A stretch of DNA of 64,000 nucleotides from Auanema rhodensis (taxonomy: Eukaryota > Animalia > Nematoda), in assembly GCA_964057225.1 (NCBI GenBank), contig CAXKVF010000098.1, forward strand, positions 26,125 to 90,124. The letters are read 5' to 3'. The first letter of the stretch is position 1; every line of letters begins with the position of its first letter. The position numbers were made by a program, and so were the translations under genes. A model generated the notes under the pieces. That model worked only from the letters and a program-made list of their open reading frames with translations, did not search any database and was not told where the DNA came from. Positions 14,401 to 30,799 of this stretch are shown one piece after another.

Positions 14401-17400
14401 AATAAAAATTTGTTTTTAGACTAATATGGACATGGGGAATCTAATTTAGAATACCGCATCTCTTTATCTTTCACGTGAAGCGAGTTACATACCAAGTGCA
14501 CATCACGTGTACATTTAATTAGCATAAATTAAAGTTCACGTAAATTTCAGAGTCATGGTTACCATGCACCAATATCAATAAAAATTTGTTTTTAGACTAA
14601 TATGGACATGGGGAATCTAATTTTGAAAACCGCATCTCTTTATCTTTCACGTGAAGCGAGTTACATACCAAGTGCACATCACGTGTACATTTAATTAGCA
14701 TAAATTAAAGTTCACGTAAATTTCAAAGTCATGGTTACCATGAAGCAATATCAATAAAAATTTGTTTTTAGACTAATATGGACATGGGGAATCTAATTTT
14801 GAAAACCGCATCTCTTTATCTTTCACGTGAAGCGAGTTACATACCAAGTGCACATCACGTGTACATTTAATTAGCATAAAATAAAGTTCACGTAAATTTC
14901 AAAGTCATGGTTACCATGCACCAATATCAATAAAAATTTGTTTTTAGACTAATATGGACATGGGGAATCTAATTTTGAAAACCGCATCTCTTCATCTTTC
15001 ACGTGAAGCGAGTTACATACCAAGTGCACATCACGTGTACATTTAATTAGCATAAATTAAAGTTCACGTAAATTTCAAAGTCATGGTTACCATGAAGCAA
15101 TATCAATAAAAATTTGTTTTTAGACTAATATGGACATGGGAAATCTAATTTTGAAAACCGCATCTCTTTATCTTTCACGTGAAGCGAGTTACATACCAAG
15201 TGCACATCACGTGTACATTTAATTAGCATAAATTAAAGTTCACGTAAATTTCAAAGTCATGGTTACCATGAACCAATATCAATAAAAATTTGTTTTTAGA
15301 CTAATATGGACATGGGGAATCTAAATTTGAAAACCGCATCTCTTTATCTTTCACGTGAAGCGAGTTACATACCAAGTGCACATCACATGTACATTTAATT
15401 AGCATAAATTAAAGTTCACGTAAATTTCAAAGTCATGGTTACCATGCACCAATATCAATAAAAATTTGTTTTTAGACTAATATGGACATGGGGAATCTAA
15501 TTTTGAAAACCGCATCTCTTTATCTTTCACGTGAAGCGAGTTACATACCAAGTGCACATTACGTGTACATTTAATTAGCATAAATTAAAGTTCACGTAAA
15601 TTTCAAAGTCATGGTTACCATGAAGCAATATCAATAAAAATTTGTTTTTAGACTAATATAGACATGGGGGATCTAATTTTGAAAACCGCATCTCTTTATC
15701 TTTCACGTGAAGCGAGTTACATACCAAGTGCACATCACGTGTACATTTAATTAGCATAAATTAAAGTTCACGTAAATTTCAAAGTCATGGTTACCATGAA
15801 GCAATATCAATAAAAATTTGTTTTTAGACTAATATGGACATGGGGAATCTAATTTTGAAAACCGCATCTCTTTATCTTTCACGTGAAGCGAGTTACATAC
15901 CAAGTGCACATCACGTGTACATTTAATTAGCATAAATTAAAGTTCACGTAAATTTCAAAGTCATGGTTACCATGAACCAATATCAATAAAAATTTGTTTT
16001 TAGACTAATATGGACATGGGGAATCTAATTTTGAAAACCGCATCTCTTTATCTTTCACGTGAAGCGAGTTACATACCAAGTGCACATCACGTGTACATTT
16101 AATTAGCATAAATTAAAGTTCACGTAAATTTCAAAGTCATGGTTACCATGCACCAATATCAATAAAAATTTGTTTTTAGACTAATATGGACATGGGGAAT
16201 CTAATTTTCAAAACCGCATCTCTTTATCTTTCACGTGAAGCGAGTTACATACCAAGTGCACATCACGTGTACATTTAATTAGCATAAATTAAAGTTCACG
16301 TAAATTTCAAAGTCATGGTTACCATGAAGCAATATCAATAAAAATTTGTTTTTAGACTAATATGGACATGGGGAATCTAATTTTGAAAACGGCATCTCTT
16401 TATCTTTCACGTGAAGCGAGTTACATACCAAGTGCACATCACGTGTACATTTAATTAGCATAAATTAAAGTTCATGTAAATTTCAAAGTCATGGTTACCA
16501 TGCACCAATATCAATAAAAATTTGTTTTTAGACTAATATGGACATGGGGAATCTAATTTTCAAAACCGCATCTCTTTATCTTTCACGTGAAGCGAGTTAC
16601 ATACCAAGTGCACATCACGTGTACATTTAATTAGCATAAATTAAAGTTCACGTAAATTTCAAAGTCATGGTTACCATGAACCAATATCAATAAAAATTTG
16701 TTTTTAGACTAATATGGACATGGGGAATCTAATTTTGAAAACCGCATCTCTTTATCTTTCACGTGAAGCGAGTTACATACCAAGTGCACATCACGTGTAC
16801 ATTTAATTAGCATAAATTAAAGTTCACGTAAAATTCAAAGTCATGGTTACCATGCACCAATATCAATAAAAATTTGTTTTTAGACTAATATGGACATGGG
16901 GAATCTAATTTTGAAAACCGCATCTCTTTATCTTTCACGTGAAGCGAGTTACATACCAAGTGCACATCACGTGTACATTTAATTAGCATAAATTAAAGTT
17001 CACGTAAATTTCAAAGTCATGGTTACCATGCACCAATATCAATAAAAATTTGTTTTTAGACTAATATGGACATGGGGAATCTAATTTTGAAAACCGCATC
17101 TCTTTATCTTTCACGTGAAGCGAGTTACATACCAAGTGCACATCACGTGTACATTTAATTAGCATAAATTAAAGTTCACGTAAATTTCAAAGTCATGGTT
17201 ACCATGAAGCAATATCAATAAAAATTTGTTTTTAGACTAATATGGACATGGGGAATCTAATTTTGAAAACCGCATCTCTTTATCTTTCACGTGAAGCGAG
17301 TTACATACCAAGTGCACATCACGTGTACATTTAATTAGCATAAATTAAAGTTCACGTAAATTTCAAAGTCATGATTACCATGAACCAATATCAATAAAAA

Positions 17401-18127
17401 TTTGTTTTTAGACTAATATGGACATGGGGAATCTAATTTTGAAAACCGCATCTCTTTATCTTTCACGTGAAGCGAGTTACATACCAAGTGCACATCACGT
17501 GTACATTTAATTAGCATAAATTAAAGTTCACGTAAATTTCAAAGTCATGGTTACCATGCACCAATATCAATAAAAATTTGTTTTTAGACTAATATGGACA
17601 TGGGGAATCTAATTTTGAAAACCGCATCTCTTTATCTTTCACGTGAAGCGAGTTACATACCAAGTGCACATCACGTGTACATTTAATTAGCATAAATTAA
17701 AGTTCACGTAAATTTCAAAGTCATGGTTACCATGAAGCAATATCAATAAAAATTTGTTTTTAGACTAATATGGACATGGGGAATCTAATTTTGAAAACCG
17801 CATCTCTTTATCTTTCACGTGAAGCGAGTTACATACCAAGTGCACATCACGTGTACATTTAATTAGCATAAATTAAAGTTCACGTAAATTTCAAAGTCAT
17901 GATTACCATGAACCAATATCAATAAAAATTTGTTTTTAGACTAATATGGACATGGGGAATCTAATTTTGAAAACCGCATCTCTTTATCTTTCACGTGAAG
18001 CGAGTTACATACCAAGTGCACATCACGTGTACATTTAATTAGCATAAATTAAAGTTCACGTAAATTTCAAAGTCATGGTTACCATGCACCAATATCAATA
18101 AAAATTTGTTTTTAGACTAATATGGAC

Positions 18128-21100
18128 ATGGGGAATCTAATTTTGAAAACCGCATCTCTTTATCTTTCACGTGAAGCGAGTTACATACCAAGTGCACATC
18201 ACGTGTACATTTAATTAGCATAAATTAAAGTTCACGTAAATTTCAAAGTCATGGTTACCATGAACCAATATCAATAAAAATTTGTTTTTAGACTAATATG
18301 GACATGGGGAATCTAATTTTGAAAACCGCATCTCTTTATCTTTCACGTGAAGCGAGTTACATACCAAGTGCACATCACGTGTACATTTAATTAGCATAAA
18401 TTAAAGTTCACGTAAATTTCAAAGTCATGGTTACCATGAACCAATATCAATAAAAATTTGTTTTTAGACTAATATGGACATGGGGAATCTAATTTTGAAA
18501 ACCGCATCTCTTTATCTTTCACGTGAAGCGAGTTACATACCAAGTGCACATCACGTGTACATTTAATTAGCATAAATTAAAGTTCACGTAAATTTCAAAG
18601 TCATGGTTACCATGAACCAATATCAATAAAAATTTGTTTTTAGACTAATATGGACATGGGGAATCTAATTTTGAAAACCGCATCTCTTTATCTTTCACGT
18701 GAAGCGAGTTACATACCAAGTGCACATCACGTGTACATTTAATTAGCATAAATTAAAGTTCACGTAAATTTCAAAGTCATGGTTACCATGCACCAATATC
18801 AATAAAAATTTGTTTTTAGACTAATATGGACATGGGGAATCTAATTTTGAAAACCGCATCTCTTTATCTTTCACGTGAAGCGAGTTACATACCAAGTGCA
18901 CATCACGTGTACATTTAATTAGCATAAATTAAAGTTCACGTAAATTTCAAATTCATGGTTACCATGAAGCAATATCAATAAAAATTTGTTTTTAGACTAA
19001 TATGGACATGGAGAATCTAATTTTGAAAACCGCATCTCTTTATCTTTCACGTGAAGCGAGTTACATACCAAGTGCACATCACGTGTACATTTAATTAGCA
19101 TAAATTAAAGTTCACGTAAATTTCAAAGTCATGGTTACCATGAACCAATATCAATAAAAATTTGTTTTTAGACTAATATGGACATGGGGAATCTAATTTT
19201 GAAAACCGCATCTCTTTATCTTTCACGTGAAGCGAGTTACATACCAAGTGCACATCACGTGTACATTTAATTAGCATAAATTAAAGTTCACGTAAAATTC
19301 AAAGTCATGGTTACCATGCACCAATATCAATAAAAATTTGTTTTTAGACTAATATGGACATGGGGAATCTAATTTTGAAAACCGCATCTCTTTATCTTTC
19401 ACGTGAAGCGAGTTACATACCAAGTGCACATCACGTGTACATTTAATTAGCATAAATTAAAGTTCACGTAAATTTCAAAGTCATGGTTACCATGCACCAA
19501 TATCAATAAAAATTTGTTTTTAGACTAATATGGACATGGGGAATCTAATTTTGAAAACCGCATCTCTTTATCTTTCACGTGAAGCGAGTTACATACCAAG
19601 TGCACATCACGTGTACATTTAATTAGCATAAATTAAAGTTCACGTAAATTTCAAAGTCATGGTTACCATGAAGCAATATCAATAAAAATTTGTTTTTAGA
19701 CTAATATGGACATGGGGAATCTAATTTTGAAAACCGCATCTCTTTATCTTTCACGTGAAGCGAGTTACATACCAAGTGCACATCACGTGTACATTTAATT
19801 AGCATAAATTAAAGTTCACGTAAATTTCAAAGTCATGGTTACCATGAACCAATATCAATAAAAATTTGTTTTTAGACTAATATGGACATGGGGAATCTAA
19901 TTTTGAAAACCGCATCTCTTTATCTTTCACGTGAAGCGAGTTACATACCAAGTGCACATCACGTGTACATTTAATTAGCATAAATTAAAGTTCACGTAAA
20001 TTTCAAAGTCATGGTTACCATGAAGCAATATCAATAAAAATTTGTTTTTAGACTAATATGGACATGGGGAATCTAATTTTGAAAACCGCATCTCTTTATC
20101 TTTCACGTGAAGCGAGTTACATACCAAGTGCACATCACGTGTACATTTAATTAGCATAAATTAAAGTTCACGTAAATTTCAAAGTCATGGTTACCATGCA
20201 CCAATATCAATAAAAATTTGTTTTTAGACTAATATGGACATGGGGAATCTAATTTAGAATACCGCATCTCTTTATCTTTCACGTGAAGCGAGTTACATAC
20301 CAAGTGCACATCACGTGTACATTTAATTAGCATAAATTAAAGTTCACGTAAATTTCAAAGTCATGGTTACCATGAACCAATATCAATAAAAATTTGTTTT
20401 TAGACTAATATGGACATGGGGAATCTAATTTTGAAAACCGCATCTCTTTATCTTTCACGTGAAGCGAGTTACATACCAAGTGCACATCACGTGTACATTT
20501 AATTAGCATAAATTAAAGTTCACGTAAATTTCAAAGTCATGGTTACCATGAAGCAATATCAATAAAAATTTGTTTTTAGACTAATATGGACATGGGGAAT
20601 CTAATTTTGAAAACCGCATCTCTTTATCTTTCACGTGAAGCGAGTTACATACCAAGTGCACATCACGTGTACATTTAATTAGCATAAATTAAAGTTCACG
20701 TAAATTTCAAAGTCATGGTTACCATGAACCAATATCAATAAAAATTTGTTTTTAGACTAATATGGACATGGGGAATCTAATTTTGAAAACCGCATCTCTT
20801 TATCTTTCACGTGAAGCGAGTTACATACCAAGTGCACATCACGTGTACATTTAATTAGCATAAATTAAAGTTCACGTAAATTTCAAAGTCATGGTTACCA
20901 TGAACCAATATCAATAAAAATTTGTTTTTAGACTAATATGGACATGGGGAATCTAATTTTGAAAACCGCATCTCTTTATCTTTCACGTGAAGCGAGTTAC
21001 ATACCAAGTGCACATCACGTGTACATTTAATTAGCATAAATTAAAGTTCACGTAAATTTCAAAGTCATGGTTACCATGAACCAATATCAATAAAAATTTG

Positions 21101-22879
21101 TTTTTAGACTAATATGGACATGGGGAATCTAATTTTGAAAACCGCATCTCTTTATCTTTCACGTGAAGCGAGTTACATACCAAGTGCACATCACGTGTAC
21201 ATTTAATTAGCATAAATTAAAGTTCACGTAAATTTCAAAGTCATGGTTACCATGCACCAATATCAATAAAAATTTGTTTTTAGACTAATATGGACATGGG
21301 GAATCTAATTTTGAAAACCGCATCTCTTTATCTTTCACGTGAAGCGAGTTACATACCAAGTGCACATCACGTGTACATTTAATTAGCATAAATTAAAGTT
21401 CACGTAAATTTCAAATTCATGGTTACCATGAAGCAATATCAATAAAAATTTGTTTTTAGACTAATATGGACATGGGGAATCTAATTTTGAAAACCGCATC
21501 TCTTTATCTTTCACGTGAAGCGAGTTACATACCAAGTGCACATCACGTGTACATTTAATTAGCATAAATTAAAGTTCACGTAAATTTCAAAGTCATGGTT
21601 ACCATGAACCAATATCAATAAAAATTTGTTTTTAGACTAATATGGACATGGGGAATCTAATTTTGAAAACCGCATCTCTTTATCTTTCACGTGAAGCGAG
21701 TTACATACCAAGTGCACATCACGTGTACATTTAATTAGCATAAATTAAAGTTCACGTAAAATTCAAAGTCATGGTTACCATGCACCAATATCAATAAAAA
21801 TTTGTTTTTAGACTAATATGGACATGGGGAATCTAATTTTGAAAACCGCATCTCTTTATCTTTCACGTGAAGCGAGTTACATACCAAGTGCACATCACGT
21901 GTACATTTAATTAGCATAAATTAAAGTTCACGTAAATTTCAAAGTCATGGTTACCATGCACCAATATCAATAAAAATTTGTTTTTAGACTAATATGGACA
22001 TGGGGAATCTAATTTTGAAAACCGCATCTCTTTATCTTTCACGTGAAGCGAGTTACATACCAAGTGCACATCACGTGTACATTTAATTAGCATAAATTAA
22101 AGTTCACGTAAATTTCAAAGTCATGGTTACCATGAACCAATATCAATAAAAATTTGTTTTTAGACTAATATGGACATGGGGAATCTAATTTTGAAAACCG
22201 CATCTCTTTATCTTTCACGTGAAGCGAGTTACATACCAAGTGCACATCACGTGTACATTTAATTAGCATAAATTAAAGTTCACGTAAATTTCAAAGTCAT
22301 GGTTACCATGAAGCAATATCAATAAAAATTTGTTTTTAGACTAATATGGACATGGGGAATCTAATTTTGAAAACCGCATCTCTTTATCTTTCACGTGAAG
22401 CGAGTTACATACCAAGTGCACATCACGTGTACATTTAATTAGCATAAATTAAAGTTCACGTAAATTTCAAAGTCATGGTTACCATGCACCAATATCAATA
22501 AAAATTTGTTTTTAGACTAATATGGACATGGGGAATCTAATTTAGAATACCGCATCTCTTTATCTTTCACGTGAAGCGAGTTACATACCAAGTGCACATC
22601 ACGTGTACATTTAATTAGCATAAATTAAAGTTCACGTAAATTTCAAAGTCATGGTTACCATGAACCAATATCAATAAAAATTTGTTTTTAGACTAATATG
22701 GACATGGGGAATCTAATTTTGAAAACCGCATCTCTTTATCTTTCACGTGAAGCGAGTTACATACCAAGTGCACATCACGTGTACATTTAATTAGCATAAA
22801 TTAAAGTTCACGTAAATTTCAAAGTCATGGTTACCATGAAGCAATATCAATAAAAATTTGTTTTTAGACTAATATGGAT
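18128..22879 (+). repeat. Tandem duplication: 14-mer followed by a 13-mer copy lacking one monomer
   Basis: G121T occurs at 18952 and 21416 (offset 2464 = 14x176). T17A+A21T monomers start at 20240 and 22528 (offset 2288 = 13x176). Confidence 0.85.
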
Positions 22880-25800
22880 ATGGGGAATCTAATTTTGAAA
22901 ACCGCATCTCTTTATCTTTCACGTGAAGCGAGTTACATACCAAGTGCACATCACGTGTACATTTAATTAGCATAAATTAAAGTTCACGTAAATTTCAAAG
23001 TCATGGTTACCATGAACCAATATCAATAAAAATTTGTTTTTAGACTAATATGGACATGGGGAATCTAATTTTGAAAACCGCATCTCTTTATCTTTCACGT
23101 GAAGCGAGTTACATACCAAGTGCACATCACGTGTACATTTAATTAGCATAAATTAAAGTTCACGTAAATTTCAAAGTCATGGTTACCATGAAGCAATATC
23201 AATAAAAATTTGTTTTTAGACTAATATGGACATGGGGAATCTAATTTTGAAAACCGCATCTCTTTATCTTTCACGTGAAGCGAGTTACATACCAAGTGCA
23301 CATCACGTGTACATTTAATTAGCATAAATTAAAGTTCACGTAAATTTCAAAGTCATGGTTACCATGCACCAATATCAATAAAAATTTGTTTTTAGACTAA
23401 TATGGACATGGGGAATCTAATTTAGAATACCGCATCTCTTTATCTTTCACGTGAAGCGAGTTACATACCAAGTGCACATCACGTGTACATTTAATTAGCA
23501 TAAATTAAAGTTCACGTAAATTTCAAAGTCATGGTTACCATGAACCAATATCAATAAAAATTTGTTTTTAGACTAATATGGACATGGGGAATCTAATTTT
23601 GAAAACCGCATCTCTTTATCTTTCACGTGAAGCGAGTTACATACCAAGTGCACATCACGTGTACATTTAATCAGCATAAATTAAAGTTCACGTAAATTTC
23701 AAAGTCATGGTTACCATGAAGCAATATCAATAAAAATTTGTTTTTAGACTAATATGGACATGGGGAATCTAATTTTGAAAACCGCATCTCTTTATCTTTC
23801 ACGTGAAGCGAGTTACATACCAAGTGCACATCACGTGTACATTTAATTAGCATAAATTAAAGTTCACGTAAATTTCAAAGTCATGGTTACCATGAACCAA
23901 TATCAATAAAAATTTGTTTTTAGACTAATATGGAAATGGGGAATCTAATTTTGAAAACCGCATCTCTTTATCTTTCACGTGAAGCGAGTTACATACCAAG
24001 TGCACATCACGTGTACATTTAATTAGCATAAATTAAAGTTCACGTAAATTTCAAAGTCATGGTTACCATGAAGCAATATCAATAAAAATTTGTTTTTAGA
24101 CTAATATGGACATGGGGAATCTAATTTAGAATACCGCATCTCTTTATCTTTCACGTGAAGCGAGTTACATACCAAGTGCACATCACGTGTACATTTAATT
24201 AGCATAAATTAAAGTTCACGTAAATTTCAAAGTCATGGTTACCATGAACCAATATCAATAAAAATTTGTTTTTAGACTAATATGGACATGGGGAATCTAA
24301 TTTTGAAAACCGCATCTCTTTATCTTTCACGTGAAGCGAGTTACATACCAAGTGCACATCACGTGTACATTTAATTAGCATAAATTAAAGTTCACGTAAA
24401 TTTCAAAGTCATGGTTACCATGAAGCAATATCAATAAAAATTTGTTTTTAGACTAATATGGACATGGGGAATCTAATTTTGAAAACCGCATCTCTTTATC
24501 TTTCACGTGAAGCGAGTTACATACCAAGTGCACATCACGTGTACATTTAATTAGCATAAATTAAAGTTCACGTAAATTTCAAAGTCATGGTTACCATGAA
24601 CCAATATCAATAAAAATTTGTTTTTAGACTAATATGGAAATGGGGAATCTAATTTTGAAAACCGCATCTCTTTATCTTTCACGTGAAGCGAGTTACATAC
24701 CAAGTGCACATCACGTGTACATTTAATTAGCATAAATTAAAGTTCACGTAAATTTCAAAGTCATGGTTACCATGAAGCAATATCAATAAAAATTTGTTTT
24801 TAGACTAATATGGACATGGGAAATCTAATTTTGAAAACCGCATCTCTTTATCTTTCACGTGAAGCGAGTTACATACCAAGTGCACATCACGTGTACATTT
24901 AATTAGCATAAATTAAAGTTCACGTAAATTTCAAAGTCATGGTTACCATGAACCAATATCAATAAAAATTTGTTTTTAGACTAATATGGACATGGGGAAT
25001 CTAATTTTGAAAACCGCATCTCTTTATCTTTCACGTGAAGCGAGTTACATACCAAGTGCACATCACGTGTACATTTAATTAGCATAAATTAAAGTTCACG
25101 TAAAATTCAAAGTCATGGTTACCATGCACCAATATCAATAAAAATTTGTTTTTAGACTAATATGGACATGGGGAATCTAATTTTGAAAACCGCATCTCTT
25201 TATCTTTCACGTGAAGCGAGTTACATACCAAGTGCACATCACGTGTACATTTAATTAGCATAAATTAAAGTTCACGTAAATTTCAAAGTCATGGTTACCA
25301 TGAAGCAATATCAATAAAAATTTGTTTTTAGACTAATATGGACATGGGAAATCTAATTTTGAAAACCGCATCTCTTTATCTTTCACGTGAAGCGAGTTAC
25401 ATACCAAGTGCACATCACGTGTACATTTAATTAGCATAAATTAAAGTTCACGTAAATTTCAAAGTCATGGTTACCATGAACCAATATCAATAAAAATTTG
25501 TTTTTAGACTAATATGGACATGGGGAATCTAATTTTGAAAACCGCATCTCTTTATCTTTCACGTGAAGCGAGTTACATACCAAGTGCACATCACGTGTAC
25601 ATTTAATTAGCATAAATTAAAGTTCACGTAAAATTCAAAGTCATGGTTACCATGCACCAATATCAATAAAAATTTGTTTTTAGACTAATATGGACATGGG
25701 GAATCTAATTTTGAAAACCGCATCTCTTTATCTTTCACGTGAAGCGAGTTACATACCAAGTGCACATCACGTGTACATTTAATTAGCATAAATTAAAGTT

Positions 25801-28800
25801 CACGTAAATTTCAAAGTCATGGTTACCATGCACCAATATCAATAAAAATTTGTTTTTAGACTAATATGGACATGGGGAATCTAATTTTGAAAACCGCATC
25901 TCTTTATCTTTCACGTGAAGCGAGTTACATACCAAGTGCACATCACGTGTACATTTAATTAGCATAAATTAAAGTTCACGTAAATTTCAAAGTCATGGTT
26001 ACCATGAAGCAATATCAATAAAAATTTGTTTTTAGACTAATATGGACATGGGGAATCTAATTTTGAAAACCGCATCTCTTTATCTTTCACGTGAAGCGAG
26101 TTACATACCAAGTGCACATCACGTGTACATTTAATTAGCATAAATTAAAGTTCACGTAAATTTCAAAGTCATGGTTACCATGCACCAATATCAATAAAAA
26201 TTTGTTTTTAGACTAATATGGACATGGGGAATCTAATTTAGAATACCGCATCTCTTTATCTTTCACGTGAAGCGAGTTACATACCAAGTGCATATCACGT
26301 GTACATTTAATTAGCATAAATTAAAGTTCACGTAAATTTCAAAGTCATGGTTACCATGAACCAATATCAATAAAAATTTGTTTTTAGACTAATATGGACA
26401 TGGGGAATCTAATTTTGAAAACCGCATCTCTTTATCTTTCACGTGAAGCGAGTTACATACCAAGTGCACATCACGTGTACATTTAATTAGCATAAATTAA
26501 AGTTCACGTAAATTTCAAAGTCATGGTTACCATGAAGCAATATCAATAAAAATTTGTTTTTAGACTAATATGGACATGGGGAATCTAATTTTGAAAACCG
26601 CATCTCTTTATCTTTCACGTGAAGCGAGTTACATACCAAGTGCACATCACGTGTACATTTAATTAGCATAAATTAAAGTTCACGTAAATTTCAAAGTCAT
26701 GGTTACCATGAACCAATATCAATAAAAATTTGTTTTTAGACTAATATGGACATGGGGAATCTAATTTTGAAAACCGCATCTCTTTCTCTTTCACGTGAAG
26801 CGAGTTACATACCAAGTGCACATCACGTGTACATTTAATTAGCATAAATTAAAGTTCACGTAAAATTCAAAGTCATGGTTACCATGCACCAATATCAATA
26901 AAAATTTGTTTTTAGACTAATATGGACATGGGGAATCTAATTTTGAAAACCGCATCTCTTTATCTTTCACGTGAAGCGAGTTACATACCAAGTGCACATC
27001 ACGTGTACATTTAATTAGCATAAATTAAAGTTCACGTAAATTTCAAAGTCATGGTTACCATGAACCAATATCAATAAAAATTTGTTTTTAGACTAATATG
27101 GACATGGGGAATCTAATTTTGAAAACCGCATCTCTTTATCTTTCACGTGAAGCGAGTTACATACCAAGTGTACATCACGTGTACATTTAATTAGCATAAA
27201 TTAAAGTTCACGTAAATTTCAAAGTCATGGTTACCATGCACCAATATCAATAAAAATTTGTTTTTAGACTAATATGGACATGGGGAATCTAATTTTGAAA
27301 ACCGCATCTCTTTATCTTTCACGTGAAGCGAGTTACATACCAAGTGCACATCACGTGTACATTTAATTAGCATAAATTAAAGTTCACGTAAATTTCAAAG
27401 TCATGGTTACCATGCACCAATATCAATAAAAATTTGTTTTTAGACTAATATGGACATGGGGAATCTAATTTTGAAAACCGCATCTCTTTATCTTTCACGT
27501 GAAGCGAGTTACATACCAAGTGCACATCACGTGTACATTTAATTAGCATAAATTAAAGTTCACGTAAATTTCAAAGTCATGGTTACCATGCACCAATATC
27601 AATAAAAATTTGTTTTTAGACTAATATGGACATGGGGAATCTAATTTTGAAAACCGCATCTCTTTATCTTTCACGTGAAGCGAGTTACATACCAAGTGCA
27701 CATCACGTGTACATTTAATTAGCATAAATTAAAGTTCACGTAAATTTCAAAGTCATGGTTACCATGAAGCAATATCAATAAAAATTTGTTTTTAGACTAA
27801 TATGGACATGGGGAATCTAATTTTGAAAACCGCATCTCTTTATCTTTCACGTGAAGCGAGTTACATACCAAGTGCACATCACGTGTACATTTAATTAGCA
27901 TAAATTAAAGTTCACGTAAATTTCAAAGTCATGGTTACCATGCACCAATATCAATAAAAATTTGTTTTTAGACTAATATGGACATGGGGAATCTAATTTA
28001 GAATACCGCATCTCTTTATCTTTCACGTGAAGCGAGTTACATACCAAGTGCACATCACGTGTACATTTAATTAGCATAAATTAAAGTTCACGTAAATTTC
28101 AAAGTCATGGTTACCATGAACCAATATCAATAAAAATTTGTTTTTAGACTAATATGGACATGGGGAATCTAATTTTGAAAACCGCATCTCTTTATCTTTC
28201 ACGTGAAGCGAGTTACATACCAAGTGCACATCACGTGTACATTTAATTAGCATAAATTAAAGTTCACGTAAATTTCAAAGTCATGGTTACCATGAACCAA
28301 TATCAATAAAAATTTGTTTTTAGACTAATATGGACATGGGGAATCTAATTTTGAAAACCGCATCTCTTTATCTTTCACGTGAAGCGAGTTACATACCAAG
28401 TGCACATCACGTGTACATTTAATTAGCATAAATTAAAGTTCACGTAAATTTCAAAGTCATGGTTACCATGAAGCAATATCAATAAAAATTTGTTTTTAGA
28501 CTAATATGGACATGGGGAATCTAATTTTGAAAACCGCATCTCTTTATCTTTCACGTGAAGCGAGTTACATACCAAGTGCACATCACGTGTACATTTAATT
28601 AGCATAAATTAAAGTTCACGTAAATTTCAAAGTCATGGTTACCATGCACCAATATCAATAAAAATTTGTTTTTAGACTAATATGGACATGGGGAATCTAA
28701 TTTAGAATACCGCATCTCTTTATCTTTCACGTGAAGCGAGTTACATACCAAGTGCACATCACGTGTACATTTAATTAGCATAAATTAAAGTTCACGTAAA

Positions 28801-30799
28801 TTTCAAAGTCATGGTTACCATGAACCAATATCAATAAAAATTTGTTTTTAGACTAATATGGACATGGGGAATCTAATTTTGAAAACCGCATCTCTTTATC
28901 TTTCACGTGAAGCGAGTTACATACCAAGTGCACATCACGTGTACATTTAATTAGCATAAATTAAAGTTCACGTAAATTTCAAAGTCATGGTTACCATGAA
29001 GCAATATCAATAAAAATTTGTTTTTAGACTAATATGGACATGGGGAATCTAATTTTGAAAACCGCATCTCTTTATCTTTCACGTGAAGCGAGTTACATAC
29101 CAAGTGCACATCACGTGTACATTTAATTAGCATAAATTAAAGTTCACGTAAATTTCAAAGTCATGGTTACCATGAACCAATATCAATAAAAATTTGTTTT
29201 TAGACTAATATGGACATGGGGAATCTAATTTTGAAAACCGCATCTCTTTATCTTTCACGTGAAGCGAGTTACATACCAAGTGCACATCACGTGTACATTT
29301 AATTAGCATAAATTAAAGTTCACGTAAAATTCAAAGTCATGGTTACCATGCACCAATATCAATAAAAATTTGTTTTTAGACTAATATGGACATGGGGAAT
29401 CTAATTTTGAAAACCGCATCTCTTTATCTTTCACGTGAAGCGAGTTACATACCAAGTGCACATCACGTGTACATTTAATTAGCATAAATTAAAGTTCACG
29501 TAAATTTCAAAGTCATGGTTACCATGAACCAATATCAATAAAAATTTGTTTTTAGACTAATATGGACATGGGGAATCTAATTTTGAAAACCGCATCTCTT
29601 TATCTTTCACGTGAAGCGAGTTACATACCAAGTGCACATCACGTGTACATTTAATTAGCATAAATTAAAGTTCACGTAAATTTCAAAGTCATGGTTACCA
29701 TGAAGCAATATCAATAAAAATTTGTTTTTAGACTAATATGGACATGGGGAATCTAATTTTGAAAACCGCATCTCTTTATCTTTCACGTGAAGCGAGTTAC
29801 ATACCAAGTGCACATCACGTGTACATTTAATTAGCATAAATTAAAGTTCACGTAAATTTCAAAGTCATGGTTACCATGCACCAATATCAATAAAAATTTG
29901 TTTTTAGACTAATATGGACATGGGGAATCTAATTTTGAAAACCGCATCTCTTTATCTTTCACGTGAAGCGAGTTACATACCAAGTGCACATCACGTGTAC
30001 ATTTAATTAGCATAAATTAAAGTTCACGTAAATTTCAAAGTCATGGTTACCATGAAGCAATATCAATAAAAATTTGTTTTTAGACTAATATGGACATGGG
30101 AAATCTAATTTTGAAAACCGCATCTCTTTATCTTTCACGTGAAGCGAGTTACATACCAAGTGCACATCACGTGTACATTTAATTAGCATAAATTAAAGTT
30201 CACGTAAATTTCAAAGTCATGGTTACCATGAACCAATATCAATAAAAATTTGTTTTTAGACTAATATGGACATGGGGAATCTAATTTTGAAAACCGCATC
30301 TCTTTATCTTTCACGTGAAGCGAGTTACATACCAAGTGCACATCACGTGTACATTTAATTAGCATAAATTAAAGTTCACGTAAAATTCAAAGTCATGGTT
30401 ACCATGCACCAATATCAATAAAAATTTGTTTTTAGACTAATATGGACATGGGGAATCTAATTTTGAAAACCGCATCTCTTTATCTTTCACGTGAAGCGAG
30501 TTACATACCAAGTGCACATCACGTGTACATTTAATTAGCATAAATTAAAGTTCACGTAAATTTCAAAGTCATGGTTACCATGCACCAATATCAATAAAAA
30601 TTTGTTTTTAGACTAATATGGACATGGGGAATCTAATTTTGAAAACCGCATCTCTTTATCTTTCACGTGAAGCGAGTTACATACCAAGTGTACATCAAGT
30701 GTACATTTAATTAGCATAAATTAAAGTTCACGTAAATTTCAAAGTCATGGTTACCATGAACCAATATCAATAAAAATTTGTTTTTAGACTAATATGGAC

